64,000 nucleotides of DNA, from positions 1 to 64,000 of IMG/VR virus record IMGVR_UViG_3300045119_000200, one strand, 5' to 3'. A model generated the notes under the pieces. That model worked only from the letters and a program-made list of their open reading frames with translations. It made no database searches and was not told where the DNA came from. The position numbers and the translations under genes are program-made. Below are positions 16,339 through 27,414 of the stretch, in pieces (within the stretch, counting starts at the first letter, position 1; the number at the start of each line of letters is the position of its first letter). The DNA is from a virus.

Positions 16339-16920
16339 ATGAAGTCGGTTAATTTTATAATCGTTGAGGTTGAAGAAGCTTATAACAACGAAAAGAAAAT
16401 CGGTGACGTTTCAATTGTAGTAAATTCAACTATTGAAAGCGTAGAACATATTAATCGTATAGCAAAAGTAATTACGTCACCCTCTTTCACCCCGTTGAAG
16501 GAAGGTGACGAAGTTATTATACACCATAACATATGTAGATTGAGAAACGGAACCAAAGGTGGGAAAGTACAAAGTGATTATCATATCGAAGGAAACAAAT
16601 ATTTTGTTCCATTGACTGAAGTATTTATGTACAGACGAGATGGCGATTGGATCGCACTCGCCCCATATTGTTTCGTCGAACCAATCAAGGATGAAACCAA
16701 AATGATTGGATCAATTATCGTGCCAAACTCCGGAGAAACTCATAAAGGTATGATCTCACATGAAGGGATCATGAAATATTCAAATCCTGAATTAAATGAA
16801 TACGGGATAAACAATGACGATCATATCTCGTTTTCTGAAGATTCAGAATATGAATTTATGATTGACGGAAAAATATATTACAAGATGGCTACTAGAGACA
16901 TTCTTGGAAAATTCGATTAA
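16339..16920 (+). CDS. GroES-like tandem-domain protein
   Basis: LKEGDEVIIHHN and second D.I.F....EYEF.IDG..YY.M GroES-like halves. Confidence 0.65.
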   Translation: MKSVNFIIVEVEEAYNNEKKIGDVSIVVNSTIESVEHINRIAKVITSPSFTPLKEGDEVIIHHNICRLRNGTKGGKVQSDYHIEGNKYFVPLTEVFMYRRDGDWIALAPYCFVEPIKDETKMIGSIIVPNSGETHKGMISHEGIMKYSNPELNEYGINNDDHISFSEDSEYEFMIDGKIYYKMATRDILGKFD

Positions 16921-16921
16921 C

Positions 16922-19780
16922 ATGGAACATTTAAGTGAACATATTGAGAGTAGTATAGTTACGCTGCTCGAAGGTCTTGACCTTGATATACAAATTGACT
17001 ACAGAATTCAGAATGATAGTGAGTATAAGAACTTTATCGGTTCTCATATAAATATTGAACTGAAGACCAGAGCCAAGTTGAAAGGTAAGATCAAAAACGT
17101 GGAGGATAAGGAATTCACCATAACATATTTCGTTGTTAACGGGAAGGAAAGAACTCTTACGGAAAAGACAATAAAGTTCACCTCTGTTAAAACAGCCAGA
17201 GTATTCGATGAAGAATCAAGTATCTTGGAACCTGATAAAATGAAACAGATTATCGGTTCCAAGATTTCTTCGTTTAAATCAATCACGACAATCCTTAATC
17301 GTTGGGCCTCTTCTCCGAATGCACCAAGTAAGGATAAAGTGAGATATTATATGGATAAAATAGTTGAGTCCGGTGAAAAAGCTTTACAGTTCTTATACAA
17401 AGCTTTGTCTCACGATATTGACTATGATTCTATTGAAATCCATAAGATTCAAAATGCTGCCGCTGCAAAGCCTCTTATCTTAGATGCTATTTACGATCTG
17501 GATTCAAATATCAAAGAGATCAAAGAAAAGCTGCTGTCGGATGATATGACATTGGTTGAACGAGAATTCAGACTGGGTTATCCAGAACGTTTTGCTAAAG
17601 GTGAATTTTTCCCAATAGGGAATTACTTCAAAGACTGGTATGATGCCCCTACAGATTCCGTAAAAATCTGTCCATTTGGTACAAGTGGGCAATCCATAGT
17701 CTTAGAAGATTTGAGGATCATTTTACCGAAAAAGCCAAGGAATAAAAAAGAGATTCTTTTCTCTGATTTTCCGAAGAAAGAACAGTATTGGAGACGACCA
17801 GAAATCCCCGATACAATCACACCTGATAATCAGGATCAATGGGATGATTTCATTAAAGAAGAATTCAGACGTAGACGAGAAGGAATTTGGTTCATGAATA
17901 ACGGTGAAGCTGTTTATTTAACAGGGAATCATTATTATGCTTTGACCCATTGTAAGATGTTGGATACCGGTGGTTACATGGATTATCGTGAAGCACAGAG
18001 AGATATTTTTTATCATGTTCAGGCGTGTATCGTTGATGATCGTTGTCTTGGACAACTGTTTGTTAAATCAAGACGTACAGGATTTACATACATCATTCTT
18101 TGTTGTTTCGCTAATGACTCAACTGGTATGAGAAATAAAAACTTTGGAATCACTTCTAAATCTGACGATGATGCTAAAAAAGCGTTTATCAAATTCAGAT
18201 ATATGTTGTTGAACCTTCCTTTCTATTTCATTCCGTTGATTAAAGGTAAAGTCGATTCTCCGAAAGAGTTTGAGTTTGGGGCTCCAATGAGCAACTCTCG
18301 TGCTACAAAGAAAAGTAAAACTTTCGTATTAGATGATTATCTGAATAATCTTATTGACTATGAGCCAACTAAAAATGACTCTTATGATGGTCAAGCGTTA
18401 TTCCGTTATCTTGGAGATGAAGCAGGGAAGTGGAAAAAACCAATGGATTATATTCAGCATTTTGGTCAGATCTCTCCGACCATGAACCAAGGTGGTAGAA
18501 TCGTTGGTAAATCATTTATCGGATCAACTGTAGGTGCAATGAACCAAGGTGGATCTCAGTTTAAAGAAATGTGGAATTCTTCTGATGTTAAGCAGAGAGA
18601 TCCGGTTACAAGAATGACAGGTTCAGGATTGTACAGATTCTTTTTGGCAGCACAGAAAAACATGGAGGAGTTCACAGACAAATATGGAAAATGTCATGAA
18701 ATTGTTCCAGATGTTCCTACTTATAATGTAGCCGGCAAACTTATCAGAGTTGGTGCTATTCATTATTTGGAATCTCAGGAAGGTATGAAAAAGAAGATCT
18801 CAGATAAATCTCTTAACGAACAGTACAGAGCGTATCCAAGAACAATCGATCATGCTTTCCGTGATGAAGCAAATGAGTGTGTTTACAACATCACCAAGCT
18901 TTATGAACAAATGGAACACAATGATTTGATGGAAGAAAACCAGAAATATATCATTGGTAATTTCGAATGGGTCAATGAAATTGATGGAGATGTGTTCTTC
19001 GCTCCGAATCCAAATGGTAGATTTAAGGTAGCGTGGTTACCTTCAGCTATTGATGGAACAGAAGGATTGGCAAACAGAGTTGAGCAAAGAGGAGATAAAT
19101 TCTATCCTTTGAACTTAGAATGCGTGAGATTTGGTTGTGACCCTTTCTCATTGAAATCCACACATGGAGAAGGATCTAAAGGTGCTATTCATGGAAAAAC
19201 AATTCTGATTCCGGAAGGAGGGGCACCAAGTAATGAATTCGTTATTGAATATATTGCTCGTCCACAGGATGAAACGATTTTCTTCGAAGACGTTATTAAA
19301 GTGATCAGATATTACGGGGCACCAATCCTTGTTGAATCAAACAGAATCGATTTACTTCGTCATATGAGAAACAGAGGTTATAGACCGTTTGCGATGAATA
19401 GATTAGATAAACCACTTAATAAATTGAATCCAAACGAATTGGAATATGGTGGTCAAACAATGTCTGGAAAAGATATTCTTGATTCACATATGAACGGTAT
19501 TGGAGTTTGGATTGAAAAATATGTTGGATTATCTGTGACTGAGGAATTTAGATTAGAAGGAGAAATGGGAAATATGCCTTTCAACGAAACGTTAAAAGAC
19601 TGGTTGAAATTCGATCCGGATAATAGAACTAAGTACGATGCTACTATTTCAAGCGGTTTGGCAATAATGGCCTGTTCCACTGAAAAGTACAAAGGTGTCA
19701 AAAAAGAACGTAAGCCAAAAATCGTTAACTTTGTAAAAAAATTCAACAATAACGGAAACGTCGGACAAAGAATAAATTAA
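16922..19780 (+). CDS. terL: Terminase large subunit with long N-terminal extension (probable start 16922)
   Basis: Walker A KSRRTGFT, GDEAGK, GST, nuclease GCDP, LVESN, D.TISSGLA; upstream of portal. Confidence 0.92.
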   Translation: MEHLSEHIESSIVTLLEGLDLDIQIDYRIQNDSEYKNFIGSHINIELKTRAKLKGKIKNVEDKEFTITYFVVNGKERTLTEKTIKFTSVKTARVFDEESSILEPDKMKQIIGSKISSFKSITTILNRWASSPNAPSKDKVRYYMDKIVESGEKALQFLYKALSHDIDYDSIEIHKIQNAAAAKPLILDAIYDLDSNIKEIKEKLLSDDMTLVEREFRLGYPERFAKGEFFPIGNYFKDWYDAPTDSVKICPFGTSGQSIVLEDLRIILPKKPRNKKEILFSDFPKKEQYWRRPEIPDTITPDNQDQWDDFIKEEFRRRREGIWFMNNGEAVYLTGNHYYALTHCKMLDTGGYMDYREAQRDIFYHVQACIVDDRCLGQLFVKSRRTGFTYIILCCFANDSTGMRNKNFGITSKSDDDAKKAFIKFRYMLLNLPFYFIPLIKGKVDSPKEFEFGAPMSNSRATKKSKTFVLDDYLNNLIDYEPTKNDSYDGQALFRYLGDEAGKWKKPMDYIQHFGQISPTMNQGGRIVGKSFIGSTVGAMNQGGSQFKEMWNSSDVKQRDPVTRMTGSGLYRFFLAAQKNMEEFTDKYGKCHEIVPDVPTYNVAGKLIRVGAIHYLESQEGMKKKISDKSLNEQYRAYPRTIDHAFRDEANECVYNITKLYEQMEHNDLMEENQKYIIGNFEWVNEIDGDVFFAPNPNGRFKVAWLPSAIDGTEGLANRVEQRGDKFYPLNLECVRFGCDPFSLKSTHGEGSKGAIHGKTILIPEGGAPSNEFVIEYIARPQDETIFFEDVIKVIRYYGAPILVESNRIDLLRHMRNRGYRPFAMNRLDKPLNKLNPNELEYGGQTMSGKDILDSHMNGIGVWIEKYVGLSVTEEFRLEGEMGNMPFNETLKDWLKFDPDNRTKYDATISSGLAIMACSTEKYKGVKKERKPKIVNFVKKFNNNGNVGQRIN

Positions 19781-19782
19781 AA

Positions 19783-22299
19783 ATGAAAATAGATAAAAAA
19801 CAAGTTATACCAAACATAGGATTTCCTGATCATCTTGCTTCGGATGAAACAAAGAATACTGAAGAGTTTGGTTTACAAATGGCTCAGGCCATACAGTACG
19901 AATGGTTCCGTCGCCCCAATGGTGGCGGATCTTGTCCGTTCTATGATCAAAGAGACGAATATCATAAACTAAGATTGTACGCAAGAGGTGAACAATCAAC
20001 CAAGATATATAAGGATTTACTTAACGGTGGTGATGATGATTCGTACTCAAACTATGACTGGCGACCGTTACAAATTATTCCTAAATTTGTCAAGCTGATT
20101 GTTAACCAAATGAGCGAAAGACTGTTTGATATTAAAGCTGAAGCAACTGATAAATTTTCGACAGATTTAAAAGACGGTTATAGAAACGCTTTGCAAAGTA
20201 TGATGATCGCTCGTCCTATTATGGAGGAAGCTAAGAATCAATTGGGAATCGATATGTTCCCTGAAGGATTCGAAACATATCCTCATACTCAGGAAGAAAT
20301 TGATCTTCATATGCAACTTGAATATAAGCCGGCTATTGAAATCGCCTGTGAAGAAGCGTTGAAGTTCACATTAGATTTGAATGATTATGCTGAAACTCAA
20401 AGTAAAATAATTGAAGATATTGTTGTCCTTGGTAAAGGTGGATTGAAACATTCTACAGACCTTGGTAAAGGAATCGCTGTTAAATATTGTGATCCAGCAA
20501 TGATGATCAATTCTTTTGCTAGAAAAAGAAATTTTGAAGACGTTTATTATTACGGGGAAGTTGAAAGAATTTCAATCAATGAGTTGAAAAGAATTTCTAA
20601 CAATCGTTATACAGATGACGAGTTGAGAGAAATGGTCGCTCAATCTTCTGAGTTCTACAGATATGAGAACAATACGAATGAAGGAAGTAATATCAATTCT
20701 GATGACTTCGCTGGAATGATGGTAGACGTAATGAATTTCACATTCAAATCAACCAACACTCTTTCTTTCAAAAAGAAGTACATGAGCAATGGTGGATTCA
20801 AAATGACAAAGAAAGAAAGTACTTTCAACAAAGGGAAATATGCCGAAGGGTTTGATGCTGTAAAGAAAACGATTGATGTTTGGTATGAAGGAACGATTGT
20901 TCTGGGTACTGAATTTATATTCAATTATGGATTATGTAAGAACATGATCAGGCCTGAAGGATTGCTTAATATCACAATTCCTAATTTTATTTTCTTTGCT
21001 CCGGAACTTTATCAAAACAGAACCAGATCAACAGTTCAGAGAATTATTCCTTATGTTGATCAGATGCAACAGATTCATATTAAGATTCAACAATTGGTTG
21101 CTAAAGCAAGGCCGAATGGTATATTTATCGATATTGATGGATTAAGTGAAATTGATTTAGGTGATGGTAATATTCTTACACCGCTTCAATTGATCAAAAT
21201 TTATGATCAGACTGGTAATATTATTGGTACATCTGTGACAGCTGAAGGCGATTATAATTACGGAAGATCTCCGATTCAAGAACTTAAAAACGGTATTGTT
21301 TCAGGACTTCCAGAATTGATTAATCTTTACAATCATTATATGAACTTAGTTCGTGATGCAATAGGAATTCCTGTGGGAGCCGATGCTTCTACGCCTCACC
21401 CTGATATGCTTGTTGGAGTTCAACAACAATTGGCTCTTAACTCAAATACAGCGTTGAGACATATTCTTGATGCATCATTGAGTATTAGTCAGAAATTAGG
21501 GAAAGGACTCGCATTGAGATTGAAAGATATTTTCAAATATCCAAATTTGAAAAATGTTTATATCAATGCGATTGGTAAATTAAACGTCGATGTGTTGAAA
21601 GCATTGGAAAATTATCATATTCATGATCTTGGTATTAATATTGAATTAAAACCAGATTTCCAAGAAGAACAACAATTGGAAATAAATATAAACAACGCTA
21701 TAGCTAAGGGGCTTATTGGTGTAGAAGATGCGATCGATATTAAAAGTATCAAGAACATCAAACTTGCGAATCAGTTGTTAAAAGTGAGAAAAGCTAAGAA
21801 AGAAGCAACCGAAAGAGCGCATCAAGAAAAGATGATTCAGGTACAAGGTCAAAGTCAAGCACAAGCTGCTCAGGCCGCTGGTCAAGCAAAACAACAAGAA
21901 ATTCAAATTGGAGCCCAAGCTGAGATCGCTGTTGTTGATGCTAAGAAACAGGCTAAGTTAGCAGAGATTGATGCTGAGACACAAGCTAAAGCGATGTTAA
22001 TGGAAAAAGAATTCCATTATAACATGGTGTTAAAAGGAATAACTGATTCACAAGCGCAACAATTACAAGAGCAAGCGGAGAACAGAAAAGATGCGAGACA
22101 AGATAAGCAGAACACCCAGATGTCTGCTATTCAAGAACAAAAAATGAAAGGACTACCTGCTCAGGATTTTAGCAAAGGTGAAAACCCTGCGATGCCGACA
22201 GAGCCGATACAGAATGCTCAACAAGATCTTGGGACATTCGAAAGTAGTAACGATCATGTAAACGGTGATATGGGACTTGGGGATTTAGAACCACAGTAA
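19783..22299 (+). CDS. Portal protein
   Basis: Follows terminase; LRLYARGEQS..YK, DW.P..IIPKFV, Q/A-rich coiled C-terminus. Confidence 0.88.
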   Translation: MKIDKKQVIPNIGFPDHLASDETKNTEEFGLQMAQAIQYEWFRRPNGGGSCPFYDQRDEYHKLRLYARGEQSTKIYKDLLNGGDDDSYSNYDWRPLQIIPKFVKLIVNQMSERLFDIKAEATDKFSTDLKDGYRNALQSMMIARPIMEEAKNQLGIDMFPEGFETYPHTQEEIDLHMQLEYKPAIEIACEEALKFTLDLNDYAETQSKIIEDIVVLGKGGLKHSTDLGKGIAVKYCDPAMMINSFARKRNFEDVYYYGEVERISINELKRISNNRYTDDELREMVAQSSEFYRYENNTNEGSNINSDDFAGMMVDVMNFTFKSTNTLSFKKKYMSNGGFKMTKKESTFNKGKYAEGFDAVKKTIDVWYEGTIVLGTEFIFNYGLCKNMIRPEGLLNITIPNFIFFAPELYQNRTRSTVQRIIPYVDQMQQIHIKIQQLVAKARPNGIFIDIDGLSEIDLGDGNILTPLQLIKIYDQTGNIIGTSVTAEGDYNYGRSPIQELKNGIVSGLPELINLYNHYMNLVRDAIGIPVGADASTPHPDMLVGVQQQLALNSNTALRHILDASLSISQKLGKGLALRLKDIFKYPNLKNVYINAIGKLNVDVLKALENYHIHDLGINIELKPDFQEEQQLEININNAIAKGLIGVEDAIDIKSIKNIKLANQLLKVRKAKKEATERAHQEKMIQVQGQSQAQAAQAAGQAKQQEIQIGAQAEIAVVDAKKQAKLAEIDAETQAKAMLMEKEFHYNMVLKGITDSQAQQLQEQAENRKDARQDKQNTQMSAIQEQKMKGLPAQDFSKGENPAMPTEPIQNAQQDLGTFESSNDHVNGDMGLGDLEPQ

Positions 22300-22340
22300 A
22301 ATTACCCATAGAAAAAATTTAGTATATTTGCATAATCAAA

Positions 22341-23507
22341 TTGAATAAAATGTCAGACCAACAAAACAAAATCAATTTCGGAGACGATGTTGATATTACT
22401 GGAATCGAACAAAGAGGTCCAGAAAAACAGGCGAATGAATTACCTGATGAAGTAATTGTCGGAGGAGAATCAAATGATAATCCTGATAACAATCAACCAC
22501 CAGCTGATCAAGGTCAACCGCCAGTAGAAACAAACACAGGAGGTGACGAGCCACCAGTAGATAATCAACCACCGGTTGAAAACCAAATCGAACTTAATGA
22601 TGATTTAGTTTTTGAATACCTTAGCAAGTCGCAAGGTAAAGAGATCAAAAGCTTAGATGATCTAATTGTTAGAGAAGAAGTCAATCCACTTGATAATGAT
22701 CCTTATATGAAAGGCTTATTTGAATGGAGACAAAAAACCGGAAGAAATGTTGAAGAATATTTCGAATTTCAAAAAGATTGGAGCAAAGAAAATGATCTTA
22801 CAGTTGCAAGAAAGTATCTGCAAATTAAGTATCCAAATTTCGATGATTCAGAGATCGATTATGAAATGAGAAAAATCACTCCTACTGAAGAAGACTATGA
22901 AGATGACGCTATTGCGAAAAAGATTGAACTAAAGAAACTTGCTACTGAAGGCAGAGCAAAATTTACAGAGTTCCAAGCTGATTTGGGAAATCCTACGGAA
23001 GTAAGATATTCACCGGAAGTTCAGCAGGATCTTGAATTAGCCAAATTGGTTAAACAAGATTATCAATCTAATCAGCAAAGGCTTGCAGAATATGGTCAAG
23101 GTATCGTTCAAGCCTCACAAAATATGCAGACGATTCCGTTGAAGATCACGGAAGATTTATCTATCGACTTTGCTGTATCAGAAGACAGAAGAAAATCTCT
23201 TCCTGAAATGATCGGCACCATGCCAAATTGGCATAATGAAGATGGAAGCTGGAATCATGCGAAAGTAGTTGAAGACGGTTTGAAAGCCTTATACTTCGAT
23301 GAAATTTTAAAAGTGGCCGTTGATCAAGCATTCAATGCAGGTCAAGAGGCTGTGTTAAAACAGGGAAACAATACAGTTACCACTAATCCAACTCCTATGA
23401 GTTCTGAAAACAATAATCGTGCCAAAGACATTGTTGTTGAAGGACAAGATGATTTATTTAATAAAAGAGGTCATCAAATTAGATTTGGGAAAGGATTTGG
23501 TAAATAA
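22341..23507 (+). CDS. Putative capsid scaffolding protein (likely start 22350)
   Basis: Acidic, P/N/Q-rich N-terminus, between portal and capsid. Confidence 0.65.
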   Translation: MNKMSDQQNKINFGDDVDITGIEQRGPEKQANELPDEVIVGGESNDNPDNNQPPADQGQPPVETNTGGDEPPVDNQPPVENQIELNDDLVFEYLSKSQGKEIKSLDDLIVREEVNPLDNDPYMKGLFEWRQKTGRNVEEYFEFQKDWSKENDLTVARKYLQIKYPNFDDSEIDYEMRKITPTEEDYEDDAIAKKIELKKLATEGRAKFTEFQADLGNPTEVRYSPEVQQDLELAKLVKQDYQSNQQRLAEYGQGIVQASQNMQTIPLKITEDLSIDFAVSEDRRKSLPEMIGTMPNWHNEDGSWNHAKVVEDGLKALYFDEILKVAVDQAFNAGQEAVLKQGNNTVTTNPTPMSSENNNRAKDIVVEGQDDLFNKRGHQIRFGKGFGK

Positions 23508-23534
23508 TAAAAATTTTAAATTTAAAATAACAAC

Positions 23535-24881
23535 ATGGCACTAAACGATGTACCAAGCGTAAAGCTTACACCATCAGCTGAAAAGGTTCAATTACCTACA
23601 AATTACGTTTCATATTATGATTTTTCAAGTCAGTTTATTCCTGATACTCATGAAGAAATGGCATGCACATACGGTAACCAGTCAATCGCTGGTATGCTTT
23701 ATATGTTTGGTAATGAAAGCGGAATGTCAGCCGATAAAACAATTTGGACTGAAGAAGGGAGATTACACACAGTTTACAAAGATGTTTCCAGAACAGGAAA
23801 TGTTTTTTCTAAAGCTAATCACAATTTCAGAAACAATGAGATCTTGATGATCAGTGATGGATCAACTACAAGAAAAGTTCTTGTTACAGCGAACGACGAT
23901 AATACTTTTACAGTAGCTGCTTATAAAAACGCAGGTTTGTCAGGATTCGCTACAACAAATATTACAGCTTTCAGTATTGGTTCCGAGTTCAGAAAAGGAA
24001 CTTCTGGTATGAAAGGTTCACTAGAATCTGATTTCACAGTATTGGAAAATAAACCAATTATCCTTAAAGATGTATTTGAAGTATCAGGTTCTGATGCAAC
24101 AAACATCGGATGGATCAAGACTCCACAAGGGTACTACTGGTACATGAAGTCTGAGATGGATACAAGACGTAGATGGGAGGACAGATTAGAATTAGCTATG
24201 ATTTTCGGTGAGAAAGCCGATGTAGGATCTGAAGCTGACGCTAAAGGATTCACTGGTACCGAAGGTCTTATTGAAGCCGTTGAAACAAGAGGAAACGTAT
24301 TTCAAGGTATTCCTGACGAATTGACTGATTGGGATACAATCTTAAAAAGATTCGATGCTCAGGGTAAAATTCAAGATTACATGGGATATGTTGACAGAGA
24401 TTTCTCTCTTGGTGTAGATAACATGTTAGGAACTCTTAACGCTGGTTACAACGGTGGTGTTTCTTACGGTATCTTCCAAAACAGTGAGCAAATGGCTGTG
24501 AACTTAGGGTTCAGAGGATTCAAAAGAGGAACTTATAACTTCTTCAAAACTGACTGGAAATTACTTAATGATCCAACCTTAATTGGGGCTATTCCGGCAG
24601 CAGCTGGTAAAGTAAGAGGACTTTTAATTCCTGTAGGAACTAAAGAAGTTTACGACGGTGTTTACAATGGAGTTTCTGGTGGTCAAAAAATCACTACTCC
24701 GTTCTTAGAACAAAAATATAAAGTTGGACCAAACGAAAACAGAAAATACAAAACTTGGGTACTTGGTACTGTAGGTGGAGTTCATACTAACGATAATGAT
24801 AACATGGAAGTCCATCACTTATCAGAACGTTTGTTAAAAACTGTTGGAGCAAACAACTTCATGGTATTCAAAGGAAACTAA
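23535..24881 (+). CDS. Major capsid protein
   Basis: 448 aa, W.EEGRLH, GSEF.KG, NLGF.GF.RG.Y.F.KTDWK, SER...GANNF; followed by a terminator. Confidence 0.88.
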   Translation: MALNDVPSVKLTPSAEKVQLPTNYVSYYDFSSQFIPDTHEEMACTYGNQSIAGMLYMFGNESGMSADKTIWTEEGRLHTVYKDVSRTGNVFSKANHNFRNNEILMISDGSTTRKVLVTANDDNTFTVAAYKNAGLSGFATTNITAFSIGSEFRKGTSGMKGSLESDFTVLENKPIILKDVFEVSGSDATNIGWIKTPQGYYWYMKSEMDTRRRWEDRLELAMIFGEKADVGSEADAKGFTGTEGLIEAVETRGNVFQGIPDELTDWDTILKRFDAQGKIQDYMGYVDRDFSLGVDNMLGTLNAGYNGGVSYGIFQNSEQMAVNLGFRGFKRGTYNFFKTDWKLLNDPTLIGAIPAAAGKVRGLLIPVGTKEVYDGVYNGVSGGQKITTPFLEQKYKVGPNENRKYKTWVLGTVGGVHTNDNDNMEVHHLSERLLKTVGANNFMVFKGN

Positions 24882-24899
24882 GAATATCTAAAATAAATA

Positions 24900-24931
24900 A
24901 GAAGAGGGTTTTTATTAATCCTCTTCTTTTT
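24900..24931 (+). terminator. Intrinsic terminator
   Basis: AGAAGAGG...CCTCTTCTTTT. Confidence 0.75.
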
Positions 24932-24954
24932 CAATAAAATTAAATATTAATACG

Positions 24955-25749
24955 ATGGCAACAGCTGCAAAAACAAAAAAACTTAAAGACAAATCTTATA
25001 GACTACTTGGAGAAATCGCTCCTTTAACTTTTTTATTACAAGTAGGAAAAAATAAAAAATTACTCGTTTTTGATAAAACGAAACAAAGAAATAGATCGGT
25101 GAGACATTGCCCTAATGAACAATCTATATTTATTGATGAACAATCTGACAACGCTGTATGTGAACCAATTATGTTTCTAACAGGTATCTTAGATGTTGAT
25201 CAATACAATGTTCATACGCAAGAATTCATGGATAATCATCCGGATAATAGAGCAAATGGAGGCATTTGGTTTGAAGAAATAGATGAAGCTGCGGAAGCAA
25301 CAGAAGATGTTGAAACTGAAGAATTGATCCAAGATATTAAGAACATGATTCGTAATAAATACAAAGAAAAAGATGGAGTTGCCAAATTAGAAATGGTTGT
25401 TTCAATTTTATTCGGATCACTCGATCAAGCGGCTAAGCTAACACCAGATGAATTGAAACGAGTTTTATATACTGAAGCCGAAGATAATCCGAAATTCTTT
25501 ATCAATGAAACAACCAAAGAAGTTGATGTATTTGATAATGAATTAAACACTAGAAAATATATTACTTTAAGAGGTCTTAAAAATGGTATTATTTCAAAAA
25601 GTTTAAACGGAAGATCAATGGTTTGGGGAAGTGATAAAAAAAATATTATTTACACTGCACCAGTCGGAAAAGACTTGACAGAATCTTTTGCTAACTATCT
25701 TGAAACAGATGAAGGTATATTGGTTATGTCAGAACTAATAAAAAACTAA
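24955..25749 (+). CDS. Conserved protein downstream of capsid gene
   Basis: R..R...N..SIF.DEQ, HPDN, YL.TDEG pattern; synteny. Confidence 0.65.
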   Translation: MATAAKTKKLKDKSYRLLGEIAPLTFLLQVGKNKKLLVFDKTKQRNRSVRHCPNEQSIFIDEQSDNAVCEPIMFLTGILDVDQYNVHTQEFMDNHPDNRANGGIWFEEIDEAAEATEDVETEELIQDIKNMIRNKYKEKDGVAKLEMVVSILFGSLDQAAKLTPDELKRVLYTEAEDNPKFFINETTKEVDVFDNELNTRKYITLRGLKNGIISKSLNGRSMVWGSDKKNIIYTAPVGKDLTESFANYLETDEGILVMSELIKN

Positions 25750-25766
25750 AATAAACTTGATATATA

Positions 25767-25797
25767 AACCTCCTATTTTGCGATAGGAGGTTTTTTC
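25767..25797 (+). terminator. Intrinsic terminator abutting next promoter
   Basis: AAACCTCCTAT...ATAGGAGGTTTTTT. Confidence 0.8.
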
Positions 25798-25832
25798 GTA
25801 TCTTTGTGTTATTAAAAAATTAAAGCAAGAAA

Positions 25833-26528
25833 ATGATAGACTTGATTTTTAGAGTGGTCCAAGCGATCATTAATAAAGAAAACAACGGCTACGTTTCTCC
25901 ATCTGAATTCAATCGAATCGCTAAATTAGTACAAGACGAAATATTCGAAATGTATTTTGATAATGAAAATCGAGACAAGAATAGAAAGAACCGAGGACTG
26001 ACAAATAAAGGTTATGGGAACCTTGATTCTAATCAACGACAAAAAATCACACAATTAGCCGAAATGGCTTTGTTAACTAAAGTCGCTGGTAAATTCAATC
26101 TCCCTACAGACTGGTACTTCATTGAAGATAAAGGGATCTTTTCTGACCCTGCTGGAAAAGTTGTTGAAGAATGTGAGAAAAGCAATTTAGGTTATCTTAG
26201 AAATTCTAAAGGGAAACCTTCGGAGACATTTCCGATTTACGAGCAGTTTAAAAATTATCTGGTAGTTTATCCTTCCACAATTGAGAACATCGAAATTCGG
26301 TACATACGTACCCCTAAAAATCCAAACTGGACATATGTGGTTGTAGCTGGAAAAGAACAATTCGATGCATCAAACGGAGATTATCAAGATTTTGAACTTC
26401 ATGTATCAGAATTTAACAATTTGGTAATTCGAATATTATCTTATTTCTCAATCAATTTAAGAGAAGAAGAAGTAACAAGAATTGCTGAATCATTGAAAGA
26501 TAAAAAAACATCAAACGAAAATAATTAA
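25833..26528 (+). CDS. Tail ring/adaptor structural protein
   Basis: NKE..GY..P.EFN, YIR.P..P.W.Y, DFELH.SE. Confidence 0.7.
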   Translation: MIDLIFRVVQAIINKENNGYVSPSEFNRIAKLVQDEIFEMYFDNENRDKNRKNRGLTNKGYGNLDSNQRQKITQLAEMALLTKVAGKFNLPTDWYFIEDKGIFSDPAGKVVEECEKSNLGYLRNSKGKPSETFPIYEQFKNYLVVYPSTIENIEIRYIRTPKNPNWTYVVVAGKEQFDASNGDYQDFELHVSEFNNLVIRILSYFSINLREEEVTRIAESLKDKKTSNENN

Positions 26529-26530
26529 TA

Positions 26531-27397
26531 ATGTCAGCATACGATTATTACGAAAATCCTGAAGAATGGGGTAATTATCAGAACGTCACCTTAGAAGAAA
26601 TCATCAACGATTTCATGGCTGGTGGAGATCCAGATGATTACACTTCGACAGTAACAAGAGCCCAAGTGCTGATTAAAGCACGAAGAGCATTACAAGAACT
26701 GTACTTCGATGTATCAAATGATATACGAGCGATCAGTTTAACAATTGATAAACGCCTAACAATGGTGTTACCACCAGATTATGTTGATTATGTTAGAATT
26801 TCATGGGTAGACCAAAATGGAATATTACACCCAATTGCAGCGAATAGAAACAAGGCTGCCGCTCAGACTTATTTGCAGGATCATGAATATAACATCCTAT
26901 TTGACGGGGAGGGATGTGTACTTACTGATTCGAGTTATGTCGCTTCTGCTGGCGACAGCTTAGTAGACGGAGATAAAGCAAGAAGTAAAAGATCAGATGG
27001 TTGTGAGTGTTATGGTTTTGCTCCAAACGTCAACTTTGCAAATGTTTATAACCATGGAAGCTTTGTAGTAAACAAATCGATGGGTGTGATTCAGTTCAGT
27101 TCTGACATTGAGTCAAAGAGCATTGTTCTGGAATATGTTTCAGATGGTTTGTTTAGAGGATGCTCAGGAAAAGATGATGGTCAAATATCGATCCATAAAT
27201 TCTGTGAATCAGCTGTACAAAATTATATTTATTTTGAACTGATTAAAAACAGACGAAATGTTCCGTATAATGAAAAGGCCAGAGCAAGGAAAGAATATTA
27301 TAATTCTCGACGAATAGCTAAAAGAAGATTAGGTGGTATGAAACTTGCTGATATTCTCCAAGCTTTCAAAGGGGGAAGTCGATGGATTAAAGCATAA
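26531..27397 (+). CDS. Tail ring structural protein
   Basis: A.RALQEL..D, LP.DYV.YVRIS, LEYVSDG, HKF.E.A. Confidence 0.7.
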   Translation: MSAYDYYENPEEWGNYQNVTLEEIINDFMAGGDPDDYTSTVTRAQVLIKARRALQELYFDVSNDIRAISLTIDKRLTMVLPPDYVDYVRISWVDQNGILHPIAANRNKAAAQTYLQDHEYNILFDGEGCVLTDSSYVASAGDSLVDGDKARSKRSDGCECYGFAPNVNFANVYNHGSFVVNKSMGVIQFSSDIESKSIVLEYVSDGLFRGCSGKDDGQISIHKFCESAVQNYIYFELIKNRRNVPYNEKARARKEYYNSRRIAKRRLGGMKLADILQAFKGGSRWIKA

Positions 27398-27414
27398 CAA
27401 TTAAATTAAACAGA

